Assembly: GCA_051362555.1 (NCBI GenBank) | Contig: CM120645.1 | Location: forward strand, 17,608,001-17,672,000 | DNA: 64,000 nucleotides | Source of the DNA: Lingula anatina | Taxonomy: Eukaryota > Animalia > Brachiopoda | Reading direction: 5' to 3' | Shown here: positions 1 to 13,900 of the stretch, piece by piece | How the letters are laid out: each line of letters starts with the position of its first letter | Numbering within the stretch: position 1 is the first letter of the stretch | The notes under the pieces: model-generated | What the model was told of the DNA's origin: nothing | The model's input: only the letters and a program-made list of their open reading frames with translations | Database searches by the model: none | Program-made: the position numbers and the translations under genes

Positions 1-616
1 GCATAACAATAATAAAAATCTGTAATAAGCTCATCAGTTGACTATGTCTCATGAAAAACATTTTTCAGAGCATATAAATGTGAGAAAACTGAAAATGACA
101 TTGAAAAGACTGCCAAATTCCATGGCTTAAAATAGTTAAACGTTAATAATTTTCACAAATCTTGTCTAATTTTTGTGAAATTTGGACAAATGATGTATAA
201 CAACAATACAAATCTGTGATAAGCTCATCAGTTGACTGTGTCTCATTTAAAAGATTTTTTTGGACAATAAATTTGAGAAAATTGAAAATGACACTGAGAA
301 GACTGCAAAATGCGGTGCCTTAAAATAGTTAAACGTTAATAATTTTCACAAAACTTTTTCAATATTTGTGAAAGTTGGAGAGATGATGCTTAACAATAAC
401 AAAAATCTGTGATAAGCTTAACAGTTGACAGTGTGTGATAGAATTGTAGTTGATTGACATTTTGTATGCGAAGAGTGAGAATTATCTACAATTTTTTTTT
501 TTCAATTTCACAACATCTAATTAGACTCACATTAAACATCAAATATTATGATTTGAGTTTGTTTGTGTAAGAGGTGACAAATTACCCACAATTGTCCTCT
601 GGAAAAGAATATATAC

Positions 617-871
617 CCATTTAAGACATCTCCTTACTACCAATACCAGATGCAGATTCCTCCTTACAATCGGTTTCTGGAATAGGGTTTAGCACACCAT
701 TTGACAATGTCCTAAAGCTTGCCATATACCATCTATTGTACACATGGATGAGACATAGCATTGCTCTTGCTGTTGTCTTTTGCTGTCTGTTTTTTCTATA
801 GGAATTAGCCCTGACCAGACAGGAAGAATCAGTTCACCAAAAAAGCCATCACGCTGTATGGAAAAGGTCAC
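617..871 (-). pseudogene. Exon-like cassette repeated in every higher-order unit (representative copy)
   Basis: Minus strand: ttctttttccag|GTGACC acceptor and ATGG|gtatat donor, 255 nt (85 codons). The phase-1 reading has stops; the phase-0 reading gives the recurrent VTFSIQRDG...HCQMVC* ORF. Several copies are frameshifted. Confidence 0.45.
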
Positions 872-3800
872 CTGGAAAAAGAACAATATGTTTGATAAAA
901 GTGAAAATTAAATTCTAAAAATTGACAACTTTCCCACACTAAAATATTTGAAAAATAATTTTGATAAACTTAACCTAAACAGTTGACTATGTCTAATAAA
1001 AAAGACATTTTCAGAACATATTAATTTGAGAAATACTGAAAATGACATTGAAAAGACTGCCAAATTCCATGGCTTGAAATAGTTAAACGTTAATAATTTT
1101 CACAAATCTTGTCCAATATTTGTGAAATTTGGACAGATGATGCATAACAATAATAAAAATCTGTGATAAGCTCATCAGTTGACTGCGTCTCATGAAAAAC
1201 ATTTTTATTTTAAAGCATATAAATGTGAGAAAACTGAAAATGACATTGAAAAGACTGCAAAATTCCATGGCTTAAAACAGTTAAACGTTAATAATTTTCA
1301 CAAATCTTGTCCAATATTTGTGAAATTTGGACTGATGATACATAACAATAATAAAAATCTGTGATAAGCTCATCAGTTGACTGTGTCTCATGAAAAAGAT
1401 TTTAATGGACAATTAATTTGAGAAAACTGAAAATAACACTGAAACGACTGCCAAATTCCATGGCTTAAAATAGTTAAACGTTAATAATTTTCACAAATCT
1501 TGTCTAATATTTGTGAAATTTTGATAGATGATGCATAACAACAATAAAAATCTGTGATAAGCTCATCAGTTGACTGTGTCTCATGAAAAAGATTTTAATG
1601 GACAATTAATTTGAGAAAACTGAAAATAACACTGAAACGACTGCCAAATTCCATGGCTTAAAGTAGTTAAACGTTAATAATTTTCACAAATCTTGTCTTA
1701 TATTTGTGAAATTTGGATAGATGATGCATAACAACAATAAAAATCTGTGATAAGCTCATCAAATGACTGTGTCTCATAAAAAATATTTTTTTGGACAATA
1801 AAATTGAGAAAACAGAAAATGACATTGAAAAGACTGCAAAATGTGCCTTAAAATAGTTAAACGTTAATAATTTTCACAAATCTTGTCTTATATTTGTGAA
1901 ATTTGGATAGATGATGCATAACAACAATAAAAATCTGTGATAAGCTCATCAAATGACTGTGTCTCATAAAAAAATATTTTTTTGGACAATAAAATTGAGA
2001 AAACAGAAAATGACATTGAAAAGACTGCAAAATGCGGTGCCTTAAAATAGTTAAACGTTAATAATTTTCACAAATCTTGTCTAATTTTTGTGAAATTTGG
2101 ATAGATGATGCATAACAACAATAAAAATCTGTGATAAGCTCATCAAATGACTGTGTCTCATAAAAAATATTTTTTGGACAATAAAATTGAGAAAACAGAA
2201 AATGACATTGAAAAGACTGCAAAATGCGGTGCCTTAAAATAGTTAAACGTTAATAATTTTCACAAATCTTGTTCAAGATTTGTGAAATTTGGACAGATGA
2301 TGCATAACAATAATAAAAATCTGTAATAAGCTCATCAGTTGACTATGTCTCATGAAAAACATTTTTCAGAGCATATAAATGTGAGAAAACTGAAAATGAC
2401 ATTGAAAAGACTGCCAAATTCCATGGCTTAAAATAGTTAAACGTTAATAATTTTCACAAATCTTGTCTAATTTTTGTGAAATTTGGATAGATGATGTATA
2501 ACAACAATACAAATCTGTGATAAGCTCATCAGTTGACTGTGTCTCATTTAAAAGATTTTTTTGGACAATAAATTTGAGAAAATTGAAAATGACACTGAGA
2601 AGACTGCAAAATGCGGTGCCTTAAAATAGTTAAACGTTAATAATTTTCACAAAACTTTTTCAATATTTGTGAAAGTTGGAGAGATGATGCTTAACAATAA
2701 CAAAAATCTGTGATAAGCTTAACAGTTGACAGTGTGTGATAGAATTGTAGTTGATTGACATTTTGTATGCGAAGAGTGAGAATTATCTACAATATTTTTT
2801 TTTCAATTTCACAACATCTAATTAGACTCACATTAAACATCAAATATTATGATTTGAGTTTGTTTGTGTAAGAGGTGACAAATTACCCATAATTGTCCTC
2901 TGGAAAAGAATATATACCCATTTAAGACATCTTACTACCAATACCAGATGCAGATTCCTCCTTACAATCGGTTTCTGGAATAGGGTTTAGCACACCATTT
3001 GACAATGTCCTAAAGCTTGCCATATACCATCTATTGTACACATGGATGAGACATAGCATTGCTCTTGCTGTTGTCTTTTGCTGTCTGTTTTTTCTATAGG
3101 AATTAGCCCTGACCAGACAGGAAGAATCAGATCACCAAAAAAGCCATCACGCTGTATGGAAAAGGTCACCTGGAAAAAGAGCAATATGTTTGATAAAAGT
3201 GAAAATTAAATTCTAAAAATTGACAACTTTCCCACAATTAAATATTTGAACAATAATTTTGATAAACTTAACCTAAACAGTTGACTATGTCTAATAAAAA
3301 GGACATTTTCAGAACATATTAATTTGAGAAATACTGAAAATGACATTGAAAAGACTGCCAAATTCCATGGCTTGAAATAGTAAAACGTTAATAATTTTCA
3401 CAAATCTTGTCCAATATTTGTGAAATTCGGACAGATGATGCATAACAATAATAAAAATCTGTGATAAGCTCATCAGTTGACTGCGTCTAATGAAAAACAT
3501 TTTTAAAGCATATAAATGTGAGAAAACTGAAAATGACATTGAAAAGACTGCAAAATTCCATGGTTTGTTTTATTTTGGACAATAAAATTGAGAAAACAGA
3601 AAATGACATTGAAAAGACTGCAAAATGCCGTGCCTTAAAATAGTTAAACGTAAATAATTTTTCACAAATCTTGTTCAAGATTTGTGAAATTTGGACAGAT
3701 GATGCATAACAATAATAAAAATCTGTAATAAGCTCATCAGTTGACTATGTCTCATGAAAAACATTTTTCAGAGCATATAAATGTGAGAAAACTGAAAATT

Positions 3801-4850
3801 ACATTGAAAAGACTGCAAAATTCCATGGCTTGAAATAGTTAAACGTTAATAATTTTCACAAATCTTGTCCAATATTTGTGAAATTCGGACAGATGATGCA
3901 TAACAACAATCAAAATCTGTGATAAGCTCATCAGTTGACTGTGTCTCATGAAAAAGATTTTTTTTTTGGACAATTAATTTGTGAAAACTGAAAATAACAC
4001 TGAAACGACTGCCAAATTCCATGGCTTAAAATAGTAAAACGTTAATAATTTTCACAAATCTTGTACAATATTTGTGAAATTTGGTTAGATGATGCATAAC
4101 AATAATTAAAATCTGGGATAAGCTCATCAGTTGACTGTGTCTCATAAAAAAGATTTTTTTGGACGATAAAATTGAGAAAACTGAAAATGACATTGAAAAG
4201 ACTGCCAAATTCCATGGCTTAAAATAGTTAAACGTTAATAATTTTCACAAATCTTGTCTAATATTTGTGAAATTTGGATAGGTGATGCATAACAACAATA
4301 AAAATTTGAGATAAGCTCATCAGTTGACTGCGTCTCATGAAAAACATTTTTCAGAGCATATAAATGTGAGAAAACTGAAAATGACATTGAAACGACTGCC
4401 AAATTCCATGGCTTAAAATAGTTAAATGTTAATAATTTTCACAAATCTTGTCTAATATTTGTGAAATTTGGATAGATGATGCATAACAACAATAAAAATC
4501 TGTGATAAGCTCATCAGTTGACTGTGTCTCATGAAAAATATTTTTTTTGGACAATAAATTTGAGAAAACTGAAAATAACACTGAAACGACTGCCAAATTC
4601 CATGGCTTAAAATAGTTAAACGTTAATAATTTTCACAAATCTTGTCTAATATTTGTGAAATTTGGATAGATGATGCATAACAACAATAAAAATCTGTGAT
4701 AAGCTCATCAGTTGACTGTGTCTCATAAAAAAGATTTTTTTGGGGACGATAAAATTGAGAAAACAGAAAATGACATTGAAAAGACTGCAAAATGCGGTGC
4801 CTAAAAATAGTTAAACGTTAAAAATTTGGACAGATGATGCATAACAATAA

Positions 4851-7800
4851 CTAGAGGATCAGAGAGGCGATACCGCCTCCGAATATTGTACCACCAGCTG
4901 GAGTAAGCGCATTCGTATAGACCCCCACATACACAAAATAAGGGACACAGCCACCAGTCTTGTGCTTGACAAGCTGTAAAAATGCAATCAACAAGAATTT
5001 TCAAAATATGCAAAAAATATATATAACTAAAAATGGTACAATCAAAGTTTAGTTCATCGTAAGGTAGGTCAAAGGTCAATTTCAAGGTCACAGTAAATTG
5101 CCAGTATATGACTTCCTATTCAACTTCAATAGTAACTATGGACCTATCTCTGCCAGGTTTGGAGTTAAAAGAGAAAGAAATAAGCAGAGTTCAGTAGGTC
5201 AAAGGTCAAGTCAGGATATGACTTCCTATTCAAGTTCAATAGTAACTATGGACCTATCTCTGCCAGTTTTGGAGATAAAAGGGAAGCAAAATTTGCAAAG
5301 TTCAATTCATGGTGAAAAGTAGGTCAAAGGTCAATTTCAAGGTCACATTTAGATTGTCAGTGTATGACTTCCTATTCAAGTTCAAAAGTAACTATGGACC
5401 TATCTCTGCCAGTTTTGGAGATAAAAGGGAAGCAAAATTTGCAAAGTTCAGTTCATGGTGAAAAGTAGGTCAAAGGTCAATTTCAAGGTCATAGTAAGAT
5501 TGCAAGTATATGACTTCCTATTCAACTTCAATAGTAACTATGAACCTATCTCTGCCAGTTTTGGAGATATAAGGGACTAAATGTTATAATTTTGGAGTTA
5601 CCATAATGTGCCATAAATTTCCTACAGAAAAAATTAATTAAAATAAAGACAAGGTCAGTTTGGTCAAAATTCTTGAGATGGGAGGTGCTCTGAAGTTCCA
5701 GATGTTCAAATTTTATGAAATAATGTCATTTTTGACCACAAGTTGTCTGCTTTGCCAAGCTTTATGTTTTATTTTTCTGGAGTTCAAAATTTATTATCCA
5801 TTACCGTACTACACATTTTGCTTTCACCACCAATATGTACTTTTTGATACAGCGTAACTTTCGAGATAAAAGGGAAGCAAAATTTGCAAAGTTCAGTTCA
5901 TGGTGAAAAGTAGGTCAAAGGTCAATTTCAAGGTCACATTTGGATTGCCAGTATATGACTTCCTATTCAAGTTCAGTAGAAACTATAGACCTATCTCTGC
6001 CAGTTTTGGAGATAAAAGGGAAGCAGAATTTGCAAAGTTCAGTTCAAGGTGAATAGTAGGTCAAAGGTCAATTTCAAGGTCACATTTAGATTGCCAGTAT
6101 ATAACTTCCATTCAAGTTCAATAGTAACTATGGACCTATCTCTGCCAGTTTTGGAGATAAAAGGGAAGCAAAATTTGCAAAGTTTAGTTCATGGTGAAAA
6201 GTAGGTCAAAAGTCAATTTCAAGGTCACATTTAGATTGCCAGTATATGACTTCCTATTCAAGTTCAATAGTAACTATGGACCTATCTCTGCCAGTTTTGG
6301 AGATAAAAGGGAAGCAAAATTTGCAAAGTTCAGTCCATGGTGAAAATTAGGTCAAAGGTCAATTTTAAGGTCACATTTAGATTGCCAGTATATGACTTCC
6401 TATTCAAGTTCAATAGAAACTATAGACCTATCTCTGCCAGTTTTGGAGATAAAAGGGAAGCAAAATTTGCAAAGTTCAGTTCATGGTGAAAAGTAGGTCA
6501 AAGGTCAATTTCAAGGTCACATTTACATTGCCAGTATATGACTTCCTATTCAAGTTCAATAGTAACTATGGACCTATCTCTGCCAGTTTTGGAGATAAAA
6601 GGGAAGCAAAATTTACAAAGTTCAATTCATGGTGAAAAGTAGGTCAAAGATTAATTTTAAGATCACATTAAGATTGCCAGTATATGACTTCCTATTCAAG
6701 TTCAATATTGGTCTTATCTCTGCCACTTTTGGAGATAAAAGGGAAGCAAAATTTGCAAAGTTCAGTTCATGGTGAAAAGTAGGTCAAAGGTCAATTTTAA
6801 GATCACATTTAGATTGCCAGTACATGACTTCCTATTCAAGTTCAATAGTAACTATGGACCTATCTCTGCCAGTTTTAAAGCTAAAAGGGAATCAAAATTT
6901 GCAAAGTTCAGTTCATGGTGAAAAGTAGGTCAAAGGTCAATTTCAAGGTCATAGTAAGATTGCCAGTATATGACTTCCTATTCAACTTCTCTGGACCTAT
7001 CTCTGCCAGTTTTGGAGATATAAGGGACTAAATGTTATAATTTTGGAGTAACCATAATGTGCCATAAATTTCCTACAGAAAAAATTAATTAAAATAAAGA
7101 CAAGGTCAGTTTGGTCAAAATTCTTGAAATAGGAGGTGCTCTGAAGTTTCAGAAGTTCAAATTTTATGAAATAATGTCATTTTTGACCACAAGTTGTCTG
7201 CTTTGCCAAGCCTTATGTTTTATTTTTCCGAAGTTCAAAATTTATTATCCATTACCGTACTGTACATTTTGCTTTCACCACCAATATGTACTTTTTGATA
7301 CAGCGTAACTCGAAAACTGTATGGAATACAAAAAAACGGAGACCACTATCAGTGTTGGGCTTTACATGCTCTACAAAATGCAAAAAAGAATGGGTCTCTA
7401 GCATTAACGGTTCCCGAATTAGAGACAGTTTTCAGTTTCGGCATCTTAAGGCCGCTACTCCCGTGAAAATGCACCGATTGACCCCAAATTCACGGAGATG
7501 AAAGATGACCTGAAGGGTAACACTTTCCAATAATATTATTGGTTAAGTCTGTGTGGTGTCTGAATAACAGGGCAAAAAAAATTTTTTTCGTAAAAAATTT
7601 CCTTTTTTTTGAAAATTTTGGCCCATTTGACCTTGAAGTAAAGGTCAAAGGTCAAATCCAAGGGTATATTTGAAATCTACACATATGACTTTTGGAAAAA
7701 GAAATTTTTCCCATAACTCCTTCCGTAGGGTAGATAATAAGCATTTAATTTTGCCATTTTGTGACAAGGGTGCATTGCAATGAGTGCCACACCCAGACCC

Positions 7801-7950
7801 CAATACCGACAAAGCCCAAATTTTACGTGGAACGAGTTGAGATTATAAATGACCTAAATCCATGAGATGGGTAAGGGGGCCCTTACCCGTCTAGGAGGAG
7901 AAGCGGTAACGGTAGCCGGCGGAACGATCCGGACAGGACCGAAACCATGT
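4851..7950 (-). mobile_element. Non-autonomous Helentron/HINE family A, 5'-terminal hairpin deleted
   Basis: Reverse-complement homolog of 56648-59414. It has a CTAG terminus at 4851, stem-loop GAGGCG-atac-CGCCTC, subterminal repeat ttgtaccaccagc and an internal 146-bp array. No TSD. The right junction fuses gaaaccatgt directly to array spacer sequence. Confidence 0.85.
5060..7020. repeat. 146-bp tandem repeats internal to HINE-A, with a 1451-bp internal duplication
   Basis: aggtcaaaggtcaatttcaagg occurs at 5321/5467 and 5912/6058 (period 146). The unique block ~5570-5858 is repeated at ~7020-7310 (twin ORFs at 5660 and 7111). Confidence 0.92.
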
Positions 7951-10900
7951 ATACCCATTTAAGACATCTCCTTTCTACCAATACCAGATGCAGATTCCTC
8001 CTTATAATCGGTTTCTGGAATAGGGTTTAGCACACCATTTTACAATGTCCTAAAGCTTGCCATATATCATCTATTGTACACATGGATGAGACATAGCATT
8101 GCTCTTGCTGTTTTCTTTTGCTGTCTGTTTTTTCTATAGGAATTAGCCCTGACCAGACAGGAAGAATCAGTTCACCAAAAAAGCCATCACGCTGTATGGA
8201 AAAGGTCACCTGGAAAAAGAACAATATGTTTGATAAAAGTGAAAATTTAATTCTAAAAATTGACAAATTTCCCACACTAAAATAGTTGAACAATAATTTT
8301 GATAAACTTAACCTAAATAGTTGACTATGTCTTATAAAAAGGATATTTTCAGAACATATAAATTTGAGAAATACTGAAAATGACATTGAAAAGACTGCCA
8401 AATGCAGCGCCTTAAAATAGTTAAATGTTAAAAATTTTCACAATTCTTGTCCAATATTTGTGAAATTTGGACAGATGATGCATAACAATAATAAAAATCT
8501 GTGATAAGGTCATCAGTTCACTGTGTCCCATGAAAAACATTTTTCAGAGCATATAAATGTGAGAAAACTGAAAATGACATTGAAAAGACTGCCAAATTCC
8601 ATGGCTTAAAATAGTTAAACGTTAATAATTTTCACAAATCTTGTTCAATATTTGTGAAATTTGGAGAGATGATGCTTAACAATATTAAAAATCTGTGATA
8701 AGCTCATCAGTTGACTGTGTCTCATGAAAAATATTTTTTTTGGACAATAAAATTGAGAAAATTGAAAATGACACTGAAAAGACTGCAAAATGCAGTGCCT
8801 TAAAATAGTTAAACGTTAATAATTTTCACAAAACTTGTTCAATATTTGTGAAATTTGGACAGATGATACATAACAATAATAAAAATCTGTGATAAGCTCA
8901 TCAGTTGAATGTGACTCATGAAAAAGATTTTTCAGAGCATATAAATGTGAGAAAACTGAAAATGACATTGAAAAGACTGCCAAATTCCATGGCTTAAAAT
9001 AGTTAAACGTTAATAATTTTCACAAATCTTGTCTAATATTTGTGAAATTTGGACAGATGATGCATAACAAAAATAAAAATCTGTGATAAGCTCATCAGTT
9101 GACTGTGTCTCATGAAAAAGATTTTTTTGGACAATAAAATTAAGAAAATTGAAAATGACACTGAGAAGACTGCAAAATGCGGTGCCTTAAAATAGTTAAA
9201 CATTAATAATTTTCACAAGACTTGTTCAATATTTGTGAAATTTGGAGAGATGATGCTTAACAATAACAAAAATCTGTGATAAGCTTAACAGTTGACAGTG
9301 TGTGATAGAATTGTAGTTGATTGACATTTTGTATGCGAAGAGTGAGAATTATCTACAATATTTTTTTTTCAATTTCACAACATCTAATTAGACTCACATT
9401 ATACATCAAATATTATGATTTGAGTTTGTTTGTGTAAGAGGTGACAAATTACCCATAATTTTCCTCTGGAAAAGAACATATACCCATTTAAGACATCTCC
9501 TTTCTACCAATACCAGATGCAGATTCCTCCTTATAATCGGTTTCTGGAATAGGGTTTAGCACACCATTTTACAATGTCCTAAAGCTTGCCATATATCATC
9601 TATTGTACACATAGATGAGACATAGCATTGCTCTTGCTGTTTTCTTTTGCTGTCTGTTTTTTCTATAGGAATTAGCCCTGACCAGACAGGAAGAATCAGT
9701 TCACCAAAAAAGCCATCACGCTGTATGGAAAAGGTCACCTGGAAAAAGAACAATATGTTTGATAAAAGTGAAAATTAAATTCTAAAAATTGACAAATTTC
9801 CCACACTAAAATAGTTGAACAATAATTTTGATAAACTTAACCTAAATAGTTGACTATGTCTTATAAAAAGGATATTTTCAGAACATATAAATTTGAGAAA
9901 TACTGAAAATGACATTGAAAAGACTGCCAAATGCAGCGCCTTAAAATAGTTAAATGTTAAAAATTTTTACAAATCTTGTCCAATATTTGTGAAATTTGGA
10001 CAGATGATGCATAACAATAATAAAAATCTGTGATAAGCTCATCAGTTGACTGTGTCTCAGAAAAACATTTTTCAAAGCATATAATTGTGAGAAAACTGAA
10101 AATGACATTGAAAACACTGCCAAATTCCATGACTTAAAATAGTTAAAGGTTAATAATTTTCACAAATCTTGTCTAATATTTGTGAAATTTCGATAGATGA
10201 TGCATAACAAGAACAAAAATCTGTGATAAGCTCATCAGTTGACTGTGTCTCATAAAAAAGATTTTTTTGGACAATAAAATTGAGAAAATTGAAAATGACA
10301 CTGAAAAGACTGCAAAATGCAGTGCCTTAAAATAGTTAAACGTTAATAATTTTCACAAAACTTGTTCAATATTTGTGAAATTTGGACAGATGATACATAA
10401 CAATAATAAAAATCTGTGATAAGCTCATCAGTTGAATGTGACTCATGAAAAAGATTTTTCAGAGCATGTAAATGTGAGAAAACTGAAAATGACATTGAAA
10501 AGACTGCCAAATTCCATGGCTTAAAATAGTTAAACGTTAATAATTTTCACAAATCTTGTCTAATATTTGTGAAATTTGGACAGATGATGCATAACAAAAA
10601 TAAAAATCTGTGATAAGCTCATCAGTTGACTGTGTCTCATGAAAAAGATTTTTTTGGACAATAAAATTAAGAAAATTGAAAATGACACTGAGAAGACTGC
10701 AAAATGCGGTGCCTTAAAAAAGTTAAACATTAATAATTTTCAAAAGACTTGTTCAATATTTGTGAAATTTGGAGAGATGATGCTTAACAATAACAAAAAT
10801 CTGTGATAAGCTTAACAGTTGACAGTGTGTGATAGAATTGTAGTTGATTGACATTTTGTATGCGAAGAGTGAGAATTATCTACAATATTTTTTTTTCAAT

Positions 10901-13900
10901 TTCACAACATCTAATTAGACTCACATTATACATCAAATATTATGATTTGAGTTTGTTTGTGTAAGAGGTGACAAATTACCCATAATTTTCCTCTGGAAAA
11001 GAACATATACCCATTTAAGACATCTCCTTTCTACCAATACCAGATGCAGATTCCTCCTTATAATCGGTTTCTGGAATAGGGTTTAGCACACCATTTTACA
11101 ATGTCCTAAAGCTTGCCATATATCATCTATTGTACACATGGATGAGACATAGCATAGCTCTTGCTGTTTTCTTTTGCTGTCTGTTTTTTCTATAGGAATT
11201 AGCCCTGACCAGACAGGAAGAATCAGTTCACCAAAAAAGCCATCACACTGTATGGAAAAGGTCACCTGGAAAAAGAACAATGTGTTTGATAAAAGTGAAA
11301 ATTAAATTCTAAAAATTGACAAATTTCCCACACTAAAATAGTTGAACAATAATTTTAATAAACTTAACCTAAACAGTTGACTATGTCTAATAAAAAGGAT
11401 ATTTTCAGAACATATAAATTTGAGAAATACTGAAAATGACATTGAAAAGACTGCCAAATGCAGTGCCTTTAAATAGTTAAATGTTAATAATTTTTACAAA
11501 TCTTGTCCAATATTTGTGAAATTTGGACAGATGATGCATAACAATAATAAAAATCTGTGATAAGCTCATCAGTTGACTGTGTCTCAGAAAAACATTTTTC
11601 AAAGCATATAATTGTGAGAAAACTGAAAATGACATTGAAAACACTGCCAAATTCCATGACTTAAAATAGTTAAAGGTTAATAATTTTCACAAATCTTGTC
11701 TAATATTTGTGAAATTTCGATAGATGATGCATAACAAGAACAAAAATCTGTGATAAGCTCATCAGTTGACTGTGTCTCATAAAAAAGATTTTTTTGGACA
11801 ATAAAATTGAGAAAATTGAAAATGACACTGAAAAGACTGCAAAATGCAGTGCCTTAAAATAGTTAAACGTTAATAATTTTCACAAAACTTGTTCAATATT
11901 TGTGAAATTTGGACAGATGATACATAACAATAATAAAAATCTGTGATAAGCTCATCAGTTGAATGTGACTCATGAAAAACATTTTTCAGAGCATATAAAT
12001 GTGTGAAAACTGAAAATGACATTGAAAAGACTGCCAAATTCCATGGCTTAAAATAGTTAACCGTTAATTATTTTCACAAATTTTGTCTAATATTTGTGAA
12101 ATTTGGATAGATGATGCATAACAACAATAAAAATCTGTGATAAGCTCATCAGTTGACTGTGTCACATGAAAAAGATTTTTTTGGACAATAAAATTAAGAA
12201 AATTGAAAATGACACTGAGAAGACTGCAAAATGCGGTGCCTTAAAAAAGTTAAACATTAATAATTTTCAAAAGACTTGTTCAATATTTGTGAAATTTGGA
12301 GAGATGATGCTTAACAAAAACAAAAATCTGTGATAAGCTTAACAGTTGACAGTGTGTGATAGAATTGTAGTTGATTGACATTTTGTATGCAAAGAGTGAG
12401 AATTATCTACAATATTTTTTTTCAATTTCACAACATCTAATTAGACTCACATTAAACATCAAATATTATGATTTGAGTTTGTTTGTGTAAGAGGTGACAA
12501 ATTACCCATAATTTTCCTCTGGAAAAGAACATATACCCATTTAAGACATCTCCTTTCTACCAATACCAGATGCAGATTCCTCCTTATAATCGGTTTCTGG
12601 AATAGGGTTTAGCACACCATTTTACAATGTCCTAAAGCTTGCCATATATCATCTATTGTACACATGGATGAGACATAGCATTGCTCTTGCTGTTTTCTTT
12701 TGCTGTCTGTTTTTTCTATAGGAATTAGCCCTGACCAGACAGGAAGAATCAGTTCACCAAAAAAGCCATCACGCTGTATGGAAAAGGTCACCTGGAAAAA
12801 GAACAATATGTTTGATAAAAGTGAAAATTAAATTCTAAAAATTGACAAATTTCCCACACTAAAATAGTTGAACAATAATTTTGATAAACTTAACCTAAAT
12901 AGTTGACTATGTCTAATAAAAAGGATATTTTCAGAACATATAAATTTGAGAAATACTGAAAATGACATTGAAAAGACTGCCAAATGCGGCGCCTTAAAAT
13001 AGTTAAATGTTAAAAATTTTCACAATTCTTGTCCAATATTTGTGAAATTTGGACAGATGATGCATAACAATAATAAAAATCTGTGATAAGGTCATCAGTT
13101 GACTGTGTCCCATGAAAAACATTTTTCAGAGCATATAAATGTGAGAAAACTGAAAATGACATTGAAAAGACTGCCAAATTCCATGGCTTAAAATAGTTAA
13201 ACGTTAATAATTTTCACAAATCTTGTTCAATATTTGTGAAATTTGGAGAGATGATGGTTAACAATATTAAAAATCTGTGATAAGTTCATCAGTTGACTGT
13301 GTCTCATGAAAAAGATTTCTTTTGGACAATAAAATTGAGAAAATTGAAAATGACACTGAGAAGACTGCAAAATGCGGTGCCTTAAAATAGTTAAATGTTA
13401 ATAATTTTCACAAAACTTGTTCAATATTTGTGAAATTTGGAGAGATAATGCTTAACAATAACAAAAATTTGTGATAAGCTTAACAGTTGACAGTGTGTGA
13501 TAGAATTGTAGTTGATTGACATTTTGTATGCGAAGAGTGAGAATTATCTACAATATTTTTTTTCCAATTTCACTACATCTAATTAGACTCACAATAAACA
13601 TCAAATATTATGATTTGAGTTTGTTTGTGTAAGAGGTGACAAATTACCCATAATTTTCCTCTGGAAAAGAACATATACCCATTTAAGACATCTCCTTTCT
13701 ACCAATACCAGATGCAGATTCCTCCTTACAATCGGTTTCTGGAATAGGGTTTAGCACACCATTTTACAATGTCCTAAAGCTTGCCATATATCATCTATTG
13801 TACACATGGATGAGACATAGCATAGCTCTTGCTGTTTTCTTTTGCTGTCTGTTTTTTCTATAGGAATTAGCCCTGACCAGACAGGAAGAATCAGTTCACT

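Noticed and set aside
689-886. Recurrent 65-aa ORFs (MFFFQVTFSIQRDG...) as a standalone small-peptide gene family
   Set aside because: The start lies in a polypyrimidine acceptor tract at a non-ATG codon, several copies are frameshifted, and the variants are mostly non-synonymous. Treated as a repeated exon-like cassette instead.
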